A stretch of DNA of 64,000 nt from Mobula birostris (taxonomy: Eukaryota). Below, in pieces: positions 49,815-64,000 of this stretch. Positions within the stretch are counted from its first letter, which is position 1, and the number at the start of each line of letters is the position of its first letter. Made by a program: the position numbers and the translations under genes. The stretch spans positions 150,918,490-150,982,489 of the forward strand of contig NC_092371.1 in the NCBI RefSeq assembly GCF_030028105.1. Direction: 5' to 3'. The notes below the pieces were generated by a model, which saw only the letters and a list, made by a program, of their open reading frames with translations, was not told the origin of the DNA and searched no databases.

Positions 49815-51910
49815 TTGTTCATCCCAGTTTGGCAAAAGAATAAATCAAGGAAGGTAGTGCACCCGTGGCTGACAAGAGAAATTAGGGATAGTATCAATTC
49901 CAAAGAAGAAGCATACAAATTAGCCTGAAAAAGTGGCTCACCTGAGGACTGGGAGAAATTCAGAGTTCAGCAGAGGAGGACAAAGGGCTTAATTAGGAAG
50001 GGGAAAAAAGATTATGAGAGAAAACTGGCAGGGAACATAAAAACTGACTGTAAAAGCTTTTATAGATATGTAAAAAGGAAAAGACTGGTAAAGACAAATG
50101 TAGGTCCCCTGCAGACAGAAACAGGTGAATTGATTATGGGGAGCAAGGACATGGCAGACCAATTGAATAATTACTTTGGTTCTGCCTTCACTAAGGAGGA
50201 CATAAATAATCTTCCAGAAATAGTAGGGGACAGAGGGTCCAGTGAGATGCAGGAACTGAGCGAAATACATGTTAGTAGGGAAGTGGTGTTAGGTAAATTG
50301 AAGGGATTAAAGGCAGATAAATCCCCAGGGCCAGATGGTCTGTATCCCAGAGTGCGTAAGGAAGTAGCCCAAGAAATAGTGGATGCATTAGTGATAATTT
50401 TTCAAAACTCGTTAGATTCTGGACTAGTTCCTGAGGATTGGAGGGTGGCTAATGTAACCCCACTTTTTAAAAAAGGAGGGAGAGAGAAACCGGGGAATTA
50501 TAGACTGGTTAGCCTAACGTCGGTGGTGGGGAAACTGCTGGAGTCAGTTATCAAAGATGTGATAACAGCACATTTGGAAAGTGGTGAAATCATCGGACAA
50601 AGTCAGCATGGATTTGTGAAAGGAAAACCATGTCTGACGAATCTCACAGGATTTTTTGAGGATGTAACTAGTAGAGTGGATAGGGGAGAACCAGTGGATG
50701 TGGTATATTTGGATTTTCAAAAGGCTTTTGACAAGGTCCCACACAGGAGATTAGTGTGCAAACTTAAAGCACACAGTATTGGGGGTAAGGTATTGATGTG
50801 GATAGAGAATTGGTTAGCAGACAGGAAGCAAAGAGTGGGAATAAATGGGACCTTTTCAGAATGGCAGGCAGTGACTAGTGGGGTACCGCAAGGCTCAGTG
50901 CTGGGACCCCAGTTGTTTACAATATATATTCATGACTTGGATGAGGGAATTAAATGTAGCATCTACAAGTTTGCGGATGACACGAAGCTGGGTGGCAGTG
51001 TTAGCTGTGAGGAGGATGCTAAGAGGATGCAGGGTGACTTGGATAGGTTGGGTGAGTGGGCAAATTCATGGCAGATGCAATTTAATGTGGATAAATGTGA
51101 AGTTATCCACTTTGGTGGCAGAAAATAGGAAAACAGATTATTATCTGAATGGTGGCCGATTAGGAAAAGGGGAGGTGCAACGAGACCTGGGTGTCATTAT
51201 ACATCAGTCATTGAAAGTGGGCATGCAGGTACAGCAGGCGGTGAAAAAGGTGAATGGTATGCTGGCATTTATAGTGAGAGGATTCGAGTACAGGAGCAGG
51301 GAGGTACTACTGCAGTTGTACAAGGCCTTGGTGAGACCACACCTAGAGTATTGTGTGCAGTTTTGGTCCCCTAATCTGAGGAAAGACATCCTTGCCATAG
51401 AGGGAGTACAAAGAAGGTTCACCAGATTGATTCCTGGGATGGCAGGACTTTCATATGAAGAAAGACTGGATGAACTAGGCTTGTACTCGTTGGAATTTAG
51501 AAGATTGAGGGGAGATCTGATTGAAACGTATAAAATCCTAAAGGGATTGGACAGGCTAGATGCAGGAAGATTGTTCCCGATGTTGGGGAAGTCCAGAACG
51601 AGGGGTCACAGTTTGAGGATAAGGGGGAAGCCTTTTAGGACTGAGATTAGGAAAAACTTCTTCACACAGAGAGTGGTGAATCTGTGGAATTCTCTGCCAC
51701 AGGAAACAGTTGAGGCCAGTTCATTGGCTATATTTAAGAGGGAGTTAGATATGGCCCTTGTGGCTACGGGGATCAGGGGGTATGGAGGGAAGGCTGGTGC
51801 AGGGTTCTGAGTTGGGTGATCAGCCATGATCATAATAAATGGTGGTGCGGGCTCAAAGGGCCGAATGGCCTACTCCTGCACCTATTTTCTAAGTTTCTAT
51901 GTTTCTATGT
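49815..51910 (+). mobile_element. Young 5'-truncated CR1 LINE, same subfamily as 8756-10479
   Basis: ORFs 50130..51128 and 50878..51810 give the RT with one frameshift, plus a (ttctatgt)n tail. Inserted into an older CR1 3' fragment. Confidence 0.95.
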
Positions 51911-52599
51911 AACCGAGGGGCAATTTCTTCATGCAGAGGGTGGTGCAAGTTGCCAGAGGAAGTGTTTGAGGCATGTACAATAATAACATTTAAAAAACAC
52001 TTGGACGGGTACCAGGAAGGGTTTAGAGGGAAAAGGGTTATGGGGGAGAAGGCTGGGAACTGGGGTTGAGGAGGAGAAAAGAAAGGATCAGCCATGGTTG
52101 AATGGCAGAGCAGACTCGGTGGCCTAATTCTGCTCCCATGTCGTATGGTCTTATGGAAATGGGCCTAACGTGGGTAAATGGCTCAGCTTACAGGGAGACC
52201 TTGGATGGCACGCATGAGTTATGCTGATGGGCCTCTTTCTATGCTGGATTAGTCTCTGATTTTATGACTAATAAAAATGGGATTTACTGTATATAGGATT
52301 GTTATAAAGGAGTGGACCAAAGGCCTTTTCCTGTCCTGTATTTCTCTATGGCATTTTGACTCAAAGGTATGTATTCTCAAATCTATCCATCAGTTACATT
52401 CCTCCACCTATTTCTATGCAACCTATTCATTCTCACATACCCATCAGTTCCACTCTGATTCTCTTACTACACTCCTCCACGAGAACAATCCATAGCAGCC
52501 AATTAACCGACCTACCATCATGATTCTGGATTGAAACTAAAACCCAGGGAAAACCCCACTTGGTCACAGGAAGAACATCCACACAGACTACACTAGAGG

Positions 52600-53660
52600 T
52601 TCAGAGCCAAAGTAAATTTATTCTGAGAATAAAATACCATATACTATCTTGAGATTCATTTTCTTGCAGGCATTTACAGAAAAATAAAGGAATAAAACAC
52701 AGTTTATGAAACACTATACTTAAACATAGACCGACAAACAAGAAAATGTGCCATAGAAGATAAATTTTGCAAATAAAATATTAATAATACAAATAAGTAA
52801 TACCAAGAACATAAGTATAGAGTCTTTGAAGTGAGTCTTTAGGTTGTGGAATCAGTTCAGAGTTGAGGTGGGTACAGTTGTCCACATTGGTTCAGGAGCC
52901 TGATGGTTGAAGGGTAATAACTTCCCGAATCTGGTGGTCTGGTACCTAAGGCTCCCATACCTTCTTTCCAGTTGCAGCAGTGAAAAAAAAAAGAACATGG
53001 CCTGTATGGTGGGTGTCCTTGATCACTGATGATGCTTTCATGTGGCAGTGCTCCATGTAAATGTGTTCACTGAGGGGAGGAATTTACCTGTGATGGACTG
53101 GGCTGTATTCACCACCTTCAGTAGCATTTCCATTCCTGGGCATTTGTGTTTCCGTGTCAGGCCATGAAGCAACCAGTTAGGATACTCTCTACTGTGCATC
53201 CACAGAAGTTTTTCCAAATTTTCATTTGGTATGCCCTATCTACACAAACTTCTAAGAAAGTAGAAGTGTTATTGTGCCTTCTTTCAGGACAGGTATTCTG
53301 CTGTAACACCAAGAAATTTAAATTTACTGACCATCCAATTCCCTAATGAGGATTGGCTCATGGACATCTGGCTTCTTCCTCCTGTAATTAATAATCAGCT
53401 CATTGGTTTTGCTGACTTTAAATGAGACGTTTTTGTTGTGGCACCATTCAGCCAGGTTTTCGATCTCCCTCCTATATGCTGATTCGTTACCACTTTTGAT
53501 TCGGCCAACAACGGTGGTGTTGTCAGCAAACTTAAATACAGCATTCGAGCTGTGCTTAGCCACACAGTCGTAAGTACAAAGTGAGTAGAGCAGGGGGCTA
53601 AGCACACAGGCTTGTGGTGCACCTGTGCTGATGGTGAGTATGAAATCAGGACTGCTGAAC
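52600..53660 (-). mobile_element. Rex1-like LINE RT/3' fragment
   Basis: LTISTGAPQACVLSPLLYSLCTYDC..FKFADNTTVVG..YRREIENLAEWC. Confidence 0.8.
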
Positions 53661-54724
53661 GAGTGAAAGCAGCACTGACTGCGGCTCTGAGACGGCATTC
53701 AAGAAGCAGACAATTGTTTGCCTCACACACAAAATGCTGGAGGCTGTGATCCGTCGACCCAAAATGTCGACTATACTCTTTTCCATAGCTGCTAAGTTCT
53801 TCCAGCATTTAGTGTGTTGCTTGGATTTCCAGCATCTGCAGATTTTCTCTTGTTTGCAATTGTTTGTAAGGCGATTTGAAATGACCTGAGACCATGAAAA
53901 GACTCTACAGATGCAAGGCTTTCTCGTCATGTCCACTCTCTATACACCAGAGTTAACATCATCACAATTTCTCAGCTGTTATTACAATTTTCCAGATTTT
54001 CCATTGAGGAAAATTATGGCAAACATTCAGTTTTTTCTTTACTTTGGTGTGATAAATCACGGTTTTCTTTTCAAATCACATGTGTTAATTTATTTTGATT
54101 CTCGCCTTTGCATTTCTAATATCCACTGTCATTGTCTGAACCTCACTTTGAGTATTCTGCTTTAGAATGATAAGGTTCTTGTGAATTCTTTAACATCGTT
54201 CAAACAAAAACATGTTTGGCTTATTTGTCATAAATGCTTCATGTCAGATTTACAGTTTTAACAACAATCGTGGGAGGTAAAATACATTAACCAGCTTTGT
54301 AGTATCGGGGTATGTAACAGTCATTTACAGTTTGATATTCGTTGACATGCTTAATCTGAATGCAAAAGAAGGGTTTAGAAAATAAAGCAAACAGTAAATG
54401 CTGAACCACAGCACTGCTTTGATTGTAAAATCCTGAGCTGGATTGCTATTTCAGTCTTCAGGTAACAACAAATAAATAAATCTACTTACAAGTAAATCCG
54501 ATAAAAATGCCCTAACATCAAGAAATATTCACATTTTCCCATGTTCCCTTTGTTTATTACTCAGAAGACATTAGTGTAATAAGGGAGCAGATTTTCTTAG
54601 TTATCAATACACACAAGTTTTTCAGAAGTCTTTTTGAACAGCAGAATTTTTAGAAGAATATTACTTTTCAAAACTTACTTCAACAATGCTGCAGCAAGTG
54701 TGTGCTGTGATTTATAACAGCATA

Positions 54725-57680
54725 CAAGTTCAGGTTCAAGTACAAGTTTATTGTCATCTGGCTATACATACATAGGACCAAACTAAACAGCATTCCACTG
54801 GACCACAATGCATCCACACAGCACATAAATCAAAATATTATCCTATGAATAGATGAATAAAATATAATTTCAAATGCATGTAGTAAAGTTCAGCTGAAGT
54901 AAATAATAAACAGTACAGTAAGTAGCTCACTGTCCTAGTGATGAGATCTCGGTGGTGTCAGGGTATTCATTAGTCTCAGAGCCTGGCAGTCCTAGTCCTG
55001 ATGCTTCTGTACATCCTTCCTGATGGCAGTGGGTCAAAGAGATTGTGGGTTGGGTGGTAGGGATCCTCAACAATGCTTTGGGCCCTTCGTCTGCAACACT
55101 CCTGATAAATGTCATAAATAGAGAGGAGGGATACCCTGATGATCCCCTCAGCGATCTTCTGTAGGGTCCTGCGGAGTGATGCCTTGTAGCTTCTGTACCA
55201 AACAATGATGCAACCAGACAGGACACCCTTGATGGTACTCCTGTTGAAAGTTGTTAGAAGGAGTGTGGATGCTGCTGAGCCTTCTTGACGAGTGAGGAGT
55301 TGTTGTGGGTCCAGGTTAGATTTCCATTATGTGCACACAAAGGAACTTTGTGCTTTTCACTCTTTCCACAGCAGAGCCATTGATGTGCAATGAAGAGTGG
55401 TCAAACAGTGCCTTCCTGAAGTCCACAATCATCTCTTTTGTCTTGTTCACAATGAGACTCAGGTTATTGTTCTCATGCTATGTGACAAGCCTCCCTACCT
55501 CTTTTCTGTTGGCAGACTCATCATTATTGCTGATGAGACCAACCGCTGTAGTATCATCAGCAAACTTAATGATGTGGTTTGAGCTAAATTTGGCACTGCA
55601 GTCGTGAGTCAACAACGGATTGAGCACACAACCCTGGGTGGAGCCAGTGCTCTGCGTGATAGAGCTTGAGATGTTGCTGCCAACTCAGACTGACTGGGAT
55701 TTTTCCATCATGAAGTCCAAGATCCAGTTACTGGGAGGGGTGTCGAGTCCCAACGGTGACAGTTTACCCACTTGGCTCTGAGAGATGACCATGTTAAACA
55801 CCATCCTGGCATCGTACAATGCATCGTTTGGTAGGTGGGACAGAACAAAATAGAGAACCGAGGCTATAGTGTTATTAGTAGACCAGTTTGAGTGGTAGCT
55901 GAACTGGAAGATGGGAGTTTATACGATCCATTACCAGCCACTCAAAGCACTTCATGTTTGTTGAAGTTAGTGCCACTGGGTGGTAATCACTTAGGCCAAT
56001 TACCGCGGATCTCTTGGCCTCCAAAATGACGTGGCTACATTGAAGCTTGCAGGAACAGTGAACTGTTTCAGAGAGATATTAAAGTTGTCCAGGAAGACCT
56101 CTGATAGTTGGGCTTGTACAGTCCTTCAGTGCTTGACCAGGCAGGTAGTCCGGTCCTTCAACTTTGTGTGGGTCCTCCTTACCTTGGCTGCAGCTTGGCA
56201 GACTACCTGTTCCTTAGGAAGAGAAGTGGCTCTCCTCGATGTCACATCATTCAATTGGTCAAATTGTATATAGAAAGCATTCAGCTCATCAGGAAGGGAG
56301 GTGTTGCTGTTGTTGATCCGCAGAGTAGACTTGTAATTGGTTATAGTTTGTGTGCCTTGCCACATGTGCCATATGACACAAAAGTGTCTGTTTATTTTTT
56401 GTGTATGCTCATGCTTCGCCTTCCTGATGGCACATGAGAGTGCAGCCCTTGCTGATATTAAAGTTGTCCTGTCCTCCAATCTGAAGGCCCTGCCCTGATC
56501 CTGAAGCAGCCATAATTTCTGGTTTGCTCTGAACAGTGTAATGTTTAATCATGGTAATGTCTTCATTGCATTTTCCCATGTATCCAGTCACCGATCCCTC
56601 ATATTCGTTAATGTTGATGTGGTGAACGTACGTAGCCATGTCTCTGAATAGCTCCAGTCCATGCTTCTTAAGCTTGGGTGGCACGTACTGGCGGGGTCCT
56701 GACCTCTCTGTGAACTGGCCTTGCCTTGTTTATCCTGCGGTCTGCATGCAGGGATTAGAAAAATGGATGTGTGGTCTGCGTATCCTAGGTGAGGGTGGGA
56801 TAGGCTCCACGAACTTTGGTATAGACCAGGTCTAATGTATTCTCTCCTATGGTTGCAAAGTTGACATGCTGGTAGAACTTCTGCATGACTTTTGTTAAGT
56901 TGGTATGGTTGAAGTCATCAGCAGCAATGAAGACAGCATCAGGGCAAGTGGCCTGGAGGGTGTAAAGAGATCCCGCGGTACTTCCCCAGCAACAACGCCG
57001 GGGTTATATAAACAGCAATAATCACAATGGCAGCGAACATCCTCGGTAAGTGGGTAGGGCCTGCTCTGCACCATTAAAAGCTATCTGTAGTGAGAAGTGC
57101 GCGAATACTACCATGGCATTTACACAGCAGTTCTTATTGATGTAGATGCACAGAGCTCCGCCATGGGCCTTGCCAGAGGTCGCAGCATTTCTGTCCACCC
57201 AAAAGGAGATTAGGTCTTCCAGGTGGATGGCTGGGTCTGAAATGTTGTCTTGAAGCCATGTTTCTGTCTGGATGAGAGTGCAACAGCTTCTCATCACCCA
57301 CTGGTTCAGATGCAGACACAGTTTATGTTCCAGCAATCGGACGTTAACGAGTAGAGTCGATGGTAACGTGGGCCTACAGGGATACACTTTGGCGCCCTTT
57401 AATACCAGTGTGCTTACCGCACGACTGTATTGGAATGCACTGCTCCCCCCAAGTAGCTCCAGTAGACCACGGTGCAGAGTGAGAGCCTGCTCAGCATGTT
57501 AATCCATAACTGTGCAGCTCCTTTCTTATCCCGCTTGCTAACGAATTAGGCTTGTGGATTTTCATGTTCATAATGGTCAGCAGTGTTTTTTGGTCATAGA
57601 ACAGAAAAATAGGACAAGAAATTTTGCAGTTGGTTGCAGCTGGAGTGACTGCTGTGTTCATGCACACTGGTATCTTGCGA
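54725..57680 (-). mobile_element. Near full-length decayed Rex1/Babar LINE
   Basis: APE endonuclease (LLVNVRLLEHKL, TETWL, DRNAATSGKAHGGALCIYIN), linker (MWQGTQTITNYK), RT motifs (GSTQGCVLNPL, KFADDT) and ttgaac-repeat tail. Confidence 0.8.
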
Positions 57681-59107
57681 CGTCTCAGTGAGAGACAAGA
57701 TACAAATGCACTGCAAAATTGGTGGGGGGAGGTAAGAAGTATTTCTGAAAGTTTACACTTTCCTTGGGGATAGCTGCAAGGCAGCAGAGGTTTGAGATCA
57801 GAGTTGTCCTTCTCCTACATGAACTGCCAACCCATCTGCGCAAAGTGGCGCATATTAAGGCACCAGTAACCGGCCTTTACCACTTCTCCAGTCAACAGAA
57901 ACAGTTCCATTGGGCTTAGTAACTAAGCCACACATGAAGGCCAGGAGCTGGACTTGATGGTCAGAGGCTATTTGAGACACAAGCTATTGGAAGCATTCGA
58001 TAGGTACTAGGGGACTACTCCCACTCCCACCCCAGCTTTAACAACCTTAAGGAGTAAATTGTACATGTTTGAAGTTAGGCACAGCAGAGAGTTTGAGGCT
58101 TGGGGCTGATTAGCTGAGACCACATTGAATGGAATGCTAGGCTTGAAAGGGCGAAGCGGGCTATCGCTGTTTATATTTTCTTGTGTTTTTGTGTTCTTTC
58201 AGCTTTCAAATGTACAGATACACAACCATTGTCTGTGGTGTATTAAGCTCATTTTGCCTTGGTTGAATCCCAAGGCCTCTAATGTTGTACAGTTTCCTGC
58301 TCATTCTGAATGCAGTAGTGAGCTTCTAAGTAAATTGAAATATTCCAGGGAAGAAGGTTGTCAAGAATATTGGTGCCACTGCAGACCATTGGTTGACTCT
58401 AGACTCATTGGAAATAGAAATATGTGTTATACTCCCCACTTCAAAATGGCAGCTTGCATTTTCATAATGGTTTCAAGCTCTCCAAATCAGATAGATATTC
58501 TATGATATAGCGAACAGGAACTTCTGAATGTCAATATCAAGTGTATTAAGAGTATTAAGAGCAATCAGCTCACTCTCACAGAACACATACCAACAGAGAT
58601 CACCATAACACTGGGGCAAGCCCGGACACCATCCCCATAGGGAGATGCTGCAGACAGTGCAACAAGAGGAACAGAAACATAGTAAGTGAGGCGGGATCTG
58701 TGCTAGGCTAAAAGCTTCACCTTTCAAGCTCCCGCTTCCTTGCAAGTACCTGATGAATGGCTAATAAAATGGATAAAATCAAACTTGGACTTAGCATGCA
58801 AAGGAATTTACTTGACTGCTGCGTAACGATCTTTATTGAAAGTTGGCTGGACCATAAAGTAGCCAATGCAGTGATTAAGCTAGCAGAACATACAGCCTAT
58901 TGAGCCGATAGACTGCAGGATTATGGTAAGAAATTAAGTGATGGCTTATGCATTCACGTTATCAATGCCTGGTGCACGAACTCTGTTATCATTGATCATC
59001 ACTGTTGTCCCAACATGGAATCTCTCGTGCTAGAGTGCAGGCCTTTTCATCTGCCGAGAGAATTCACAGTTGTATACATCACAGTAGTCTACATTCCACC
59101 ACAAGTC

Positions 59108-60019
59108 ACAGGAAGATCGGGCGAGAAAACACAGAACGTAAAAAACTATAAGACTGAAAAGAAGAGTCTATAATCCTGAGCAATGCTCTCTGGGTGCAGT
59201 GGCAGGCTCGCCCCTCTCCGGTACAGAGCAACTGGAACTTCCCATCAAGATGGCATCTGGTACAATGCACCTTGGGTCGACATCTTCTGGGTAGATCATG
59301 AAAACATCTATTTTACTTCTTTTATATATTTTACATTTGTTTCTCATCTCGAATGGGATTCTGGAACTGCTGGAGCCTGTGTTTTGCTGTTTGGAGATCG
59401 TTTGGGTGCATCAGTGCTCTGCGCTCTCTGAGAGGATTCCAGAAGACAGAGAGAGTGTGCGCGAACCTTGTGGTGAGAAGGCTGCAGTACGGCGCTAATC
59501 CGTTGTTGGCCCCGTTTCACCGATTAAAGCAACAAGGGAAATTGAAGCATTGAAGTGAGTGCAGAGGGTGAGCAGCGGCTGCTTGTCTCTTGATCAGTTG
59601 CTCTGTGCCAGAGAGGGCAGAGCCTGCTAGTGTGCCCAGGGAGTGTTGCTCAGGATTATAGACTCTTTTTTCAGTCTTATAGTTTTTATATTCTGTGTTT
59701 TCTCACCCGATCTTCTTGTTTTTTTTTTGTGCAGGGAGGGGGATTTTGGAGGGCCTGTTCCATTCTGTTTGTTTCTTTGTCTGGGAGGAGGGATTTAGGG
59801 GGTCAATGTGCATGTTCCATTGTACCTGGTTTTGTGCAGGAGGAGTGATTGGGGGCTGACGTGCCTGCTCTGTTTTTGTTTTTTTTTTGTGCAGGGAGGA
59901 GGGATTTGGGGATCGATGATCGTGTTGCTTTTCTTTTCTTTCTTGGTTTCATGGCTATCCAGAGAATTGAAGAATTTCAGAGTTGTATATTTTGATAATC
60001 AATGAATCTTTGAACCTTT
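59108..60019 (+). mobile_element. Non-autonomous retroposon with an inverted duplicated segment at its 5' end
   Basis: Head aagatggc near 59247, tail ttgaaccttt at 60010-60019, and 59108-59234 is the reverse complement of 59595-59719. Confidence 0.65.
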
Positions 60020-61372
60020 AAGACAACACTAAGATAGCAGTAGCACAACTGCATGATGTTAACAATAAGCAACTGTCTGTCCACCCTGACAGTGCCTTCA
60101 TTGTAGCCGGTGATTTCAATCGAGCCAGCCTTAAGACAGTGTTACCTAATTTTGCTAGAATGTGAAATGCCCCACAAAGAGCGACAATACACTGAATTTA
60201 GACCAGGCTTACACCAATATTACGAGCACATACAGAGCTCATCTATACCCTCATCGGGGACTGTCCAGCCACCTGTCTTTATTTCCAATTCCAGCCTACA
60301 GACTAGTGATAAGGAAGACAAAACCTATTACCAAGTCAGAGACAGTATGGCCTGAGGGAGCTGTCTCACAGCTTCAGGACTGCTTTGAGTTCACAGACTG
60401 GATCCTGTTTGCATGCTAAGCAAAGCACGATTTGGGAACATACCACTATGGTCATGAACTATATCAAACACTATGTAGACAACGTCAGCAGCAATAAAAA
60501 CATCCGTGTATTCCCGAATCAGAAGCCATGGATAAACAACAAAGTCCAGAACATGCTTAGGGCTGCTAATGCTGCTTACAAATCAAGTGAAACTGCAGGA
60601 TACAGCAAAACCAATTCTAACCTTAAAAAAGGCATTATAGCTGCTAAATACAGATATTCACAACAGATAGACACACTTCAAGAATGCCACCAACCCCCAA
60701 CACGTGTGGGGAGGCATCAGGTCCATCACTGACTATAAAGGAAAGATCTCCTGCTCTGCAGACAGCTATGTCACACTTGCTGAGGAGCTAAACAACTTCT
60801 TAAGGGACAACAACAAGCCAGTGGTGAAGGCCTTAACACCCGAGGACACAGCACTGACACAGGGCCCACATGAAGTGAAACGTACTCTCTGCAGTATCAA
60901 CATACACAGAGCAACTGGACCAGATAGCCTACACAGGCGGATTCTTAGGGACTGACCAGCTGGCAGAGGTTTTTTACTGAAATCTCAAACTTCTCTCTGT
61001 CCCTTGCTATGGTCCCTGCATGCTTCAAAACATAACCATCATATCAATCTCAAAGCAGGCAGCGGTAACATGCCTCAACGACTACTGACCAGTTGCACTC
61101 ACTCCCACCCCCCCCAAGCAGACAAGTGCCTGGAGAGAATGCTGATGTCCCACATTAAGAACGTTATCCTTGCTACTCCGGACTAAAACCAAACAGACTC
61201 CATCACTCTCTACATTGTATTAGAACTCCTGGAGCATAAGGAGGCCTACACTAGAATGCTTTTATCAACTACATTTCTGCCTCTAACATCATATTCTCCA
61301 ACAAGTTGGTCATTAAACGACACAATCTGGGATTGAATCCATCAATTTGCAACTGGATTCTGGACTTTGTTA

Positions 61373-62234
61373 CCAATCTCCTAATTAAACTTGCTGACAA
61401 AAGTACATTGATTGGCCTTATTTCAAATAATAATGAGGCAGTCTACAGAGAAGAAGTCATCACCCTGACACAGCGGTGTCAAGAAAACAACCACTTCCTC
61501 AATGTCGCAAAAACAAAGGAGCTGGTTGTGGACCACAGGAGGAATGGAGACAGGCTAACCCCTATTAACATCAGTGGATCTGGGGTTGAGAGGGTGAACA
61601 GCTTTAAGTTCCTCAGTTTACACATCACTGAGGATCTCACGTGGTCTGTACATACTGGCTGTGTGGTGAAATGGCACAACAGCGCCTCCTTCACCTCATA
61701 TAGTTGAAGAAATTTGGCATGAGTCCCCAGATCTTAAGAACTTTCTACAGGGGCACAATTGAGAGCATCCTGACTTGCTGCATTATTGTCTGTATGGGAA
61801 CTGTACTTCCCTCAATCGCAGGACTCTGCAGAGAGTGGTGCGGACAGCCCAGCGCATCTGTAGAAGTGAACTTCCCACTATTCAGGGCATTTACAAAGAC
61901 AGGTGCATAAAAAGGGCCTGAAGGATCACTGGGGACCCGAGTCACCCCAACCACAAACTGTTGCAGCTGCTACCATTTGGGAAATAGTATCGCAGCAGAA
62001 AAGCCGGGACCATCAGTCTCCGGGACAGCTTCTTCCACCAGGCCATCAGACTGATTAATTCAAGCTGAATCAATTGAATTTCTGTGCTATATTGACTGCC
62101 CTGTTGTACATACTATTTATTACAAATTACTATAAATTGCTGTTTGCACATTCAGACGGAGATGTAATCTAAAGAACTTTGCTCCTCATGTATATGAAGG
62201 ATGTAAGAAATAAAGTCAATTCAAATCAATTCAA
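61373..62234 (+). mobile_element. 5'-truncated Rex1-like LINE nested in another Rex1-like LINE
   Basis: LLIKLADKSTLIGLISNNNEAVYREEV..FKFLSLHITEDLTWS and (caatt)n tail. The host sequence resumes after it. Confidence 0.75.
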
Positions 62235-64000
62235 TTGCACCAAGTCAGTCAGATTAGACAATAAACACGTCAACCTCCCTGACTCTGAACACCAGTGCAC
62301 CACAGGGATGTGTACTGAATCCACTCCTTTACCCTCTTTTCATGCATGTCTGCACCCCTGCCGGTGCCTCCATCATCAAATTCGCAGATGACACAACAAT
62401 GACTGGATTTATTATAACTAACAACAGAATGGGATGCTAAGGGGAGCTGTAGAAACTGTCTAAATGGTGCAATAACCATAACCTTGCACTCAACTTCAAA
62501 TGGAGCAAAGAAATGATGATTTATTTCAGGAAATCAAGAAGGTATGAATAAGCTTCACTACTGATAAAGGGAGAAGCAGTGGAAAGTGTCTCCAGCTTTA
62601 AATTCATGGGAGTGAAAATCACTGAGGAGCTGCCTTGGACTACCAACACCTCCTTGATAGTAGGGAAGGCTCAACAGCACCTATACTATCTTAAGAGTGT
62701 AAAGAGAACGAATTTGCTCCACAAGCCGCTGGTAAACCTTTATCCATGTGTAATTGAGAGCATACTGACCTACTGCATGACAGTATGGTACACTAGCTGC
62801 AACAGATCAACTAAAATACACTTCAAAAAGTGATCAGGACTGCACAGAACATCACTGGGACACAACTACTAGATACAGAAGCCATCTACAACTAATGATG
62901 TCTACAGCAGGATCAGAAAATTGTGATGGCCTCATCCCACCCCAGTAATTACCTGTTCAATTTCCTACCATCCAGCAGGAGATATAGTAACTCTTTTCAT
63001 GGACATCCCTACTGAAAAACAGCATTTTCCCCAGGGCTGTTGTGAAACTGAACAATGCCCCATTTTAGAGTTGTTTGTTTTTAATTCAGTTGTAACTTAG
63101 ATGTCACTCTCAAAAACTCAGACGTTATTTTAAATTTAGTCACCGTGTTTTTAGTAATTGTATTGCCAGTATGCTGTTCTGCACTGAATGGACGAGCACT
63201 GAAATCTCATTGTCGTCTGCAGTGGCAATAACTACAAATCCATTGGTGAGCGTTATGCCATGAATGTTGTCATGGAGCAAACTAAGATTAGTGAGGAAAT
63301 TTCTGAGAATGGTCACATTATTAGGATGCTGTGACTGCTGACGCAACTTGAGGCTTACTGCGTGTAATAGGAATGTCCGAGAAACCTAATTAACTGCACC
63401 TGTGCATATACGTATTTGTGCATATGCAATGGACTTGACTTTGACTTTGAAGACATAACTACAGACAGGACACAAACAGTTTTGTGGGCTGTAATACAGA
63501 CAGAAAAGAGAGAGCATTGAGAGGCAACCATGCTGATGAGAAGCAATGGCATTAGCAAGATTCCAGGCTCACAGAACCCACCTGGAATAAATGAAGGCAA
63601 ACGTCACACTGTTCAGGATGTAAGTGGGTGCTTCAAAAAGCAGAATAGGAGTGGGGGAAGCCTTAAATTGCAATTATAAGTGACTGGAAAACAATGATTC
63701 ATGATTCTGAAAAATTTGAAGCTCCACACAACCACCAACTCAACTGCAAAGAGAGAGATAATGAAATGGAGAAGCTTAAACAGTAAATTCAATATTTACC
63801 TAATAATCTAGATGCATAACAAAGGAGGAGGCATTGCTAAACTGACTAACTAAAATAAGCTGAAACAGACTGAAGAAATAAATGTTGGAGAAAATATAGG
63901 GAGTTGGTTTCAGCTGATGATTTACAGAAATATATGTTACATAAATCAGGAACAGACTGGAAAAAAAAACAATTATGAGCCAATAAGAATGAAAGTGAGA

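Larger units (their letters stand above)
58560..63100 (+). mobile_element. Decayed Rex1/Babar LINE with two nested insertions (59108-60019, 61373-62234)
   Basis: CRPFHLPREF, AGDFN, TLNLDQAYTN, RVFPNQKPW, WGGIRSITDYK, ATGPD, WILDFVT, IIKFADDT and FKFMGVKITEEL. Confidence 0.8.

Overview
Eukaryotic (vertebrate) non-coding DNA made almost entirely of transposable-element debris. The repeat mix (many CR1 LINEs, HE1/V-SINE-like SINEs, Neptune-type Penelope elements, Rex1-like LINEs) suggests a cartilaginous fish, probably a ray; this is an inference. I found no intact host gene, rRNA, tRNA gene or CRISPR array, and most listed ORFs are TE fragments or their antisense shadows. The main structure is a four-layer nest at 18281-23539. 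A Rep-deleted Helitron with a decayed PIF1 helicase carries a tRNA-derived SINE in its 5' tip and an inverted copy of its own family inserted at an A|T site. In that inner copy the Rep/helicase core is replaced by a Penelope fragment ending in a minimal hammerhead-ribozyme motif. Also present: a full-length Gmr1-type LTR retrotransposon (integrase before RT), three solo LTRs (one with a perfect 37-bp minisatellite), a PNMA-like Gypsy remnant, an R4/Dong LINE, Tc1 MITEs and an unusual three-TIR element. All family assignments come from motif recognition, not database searches.
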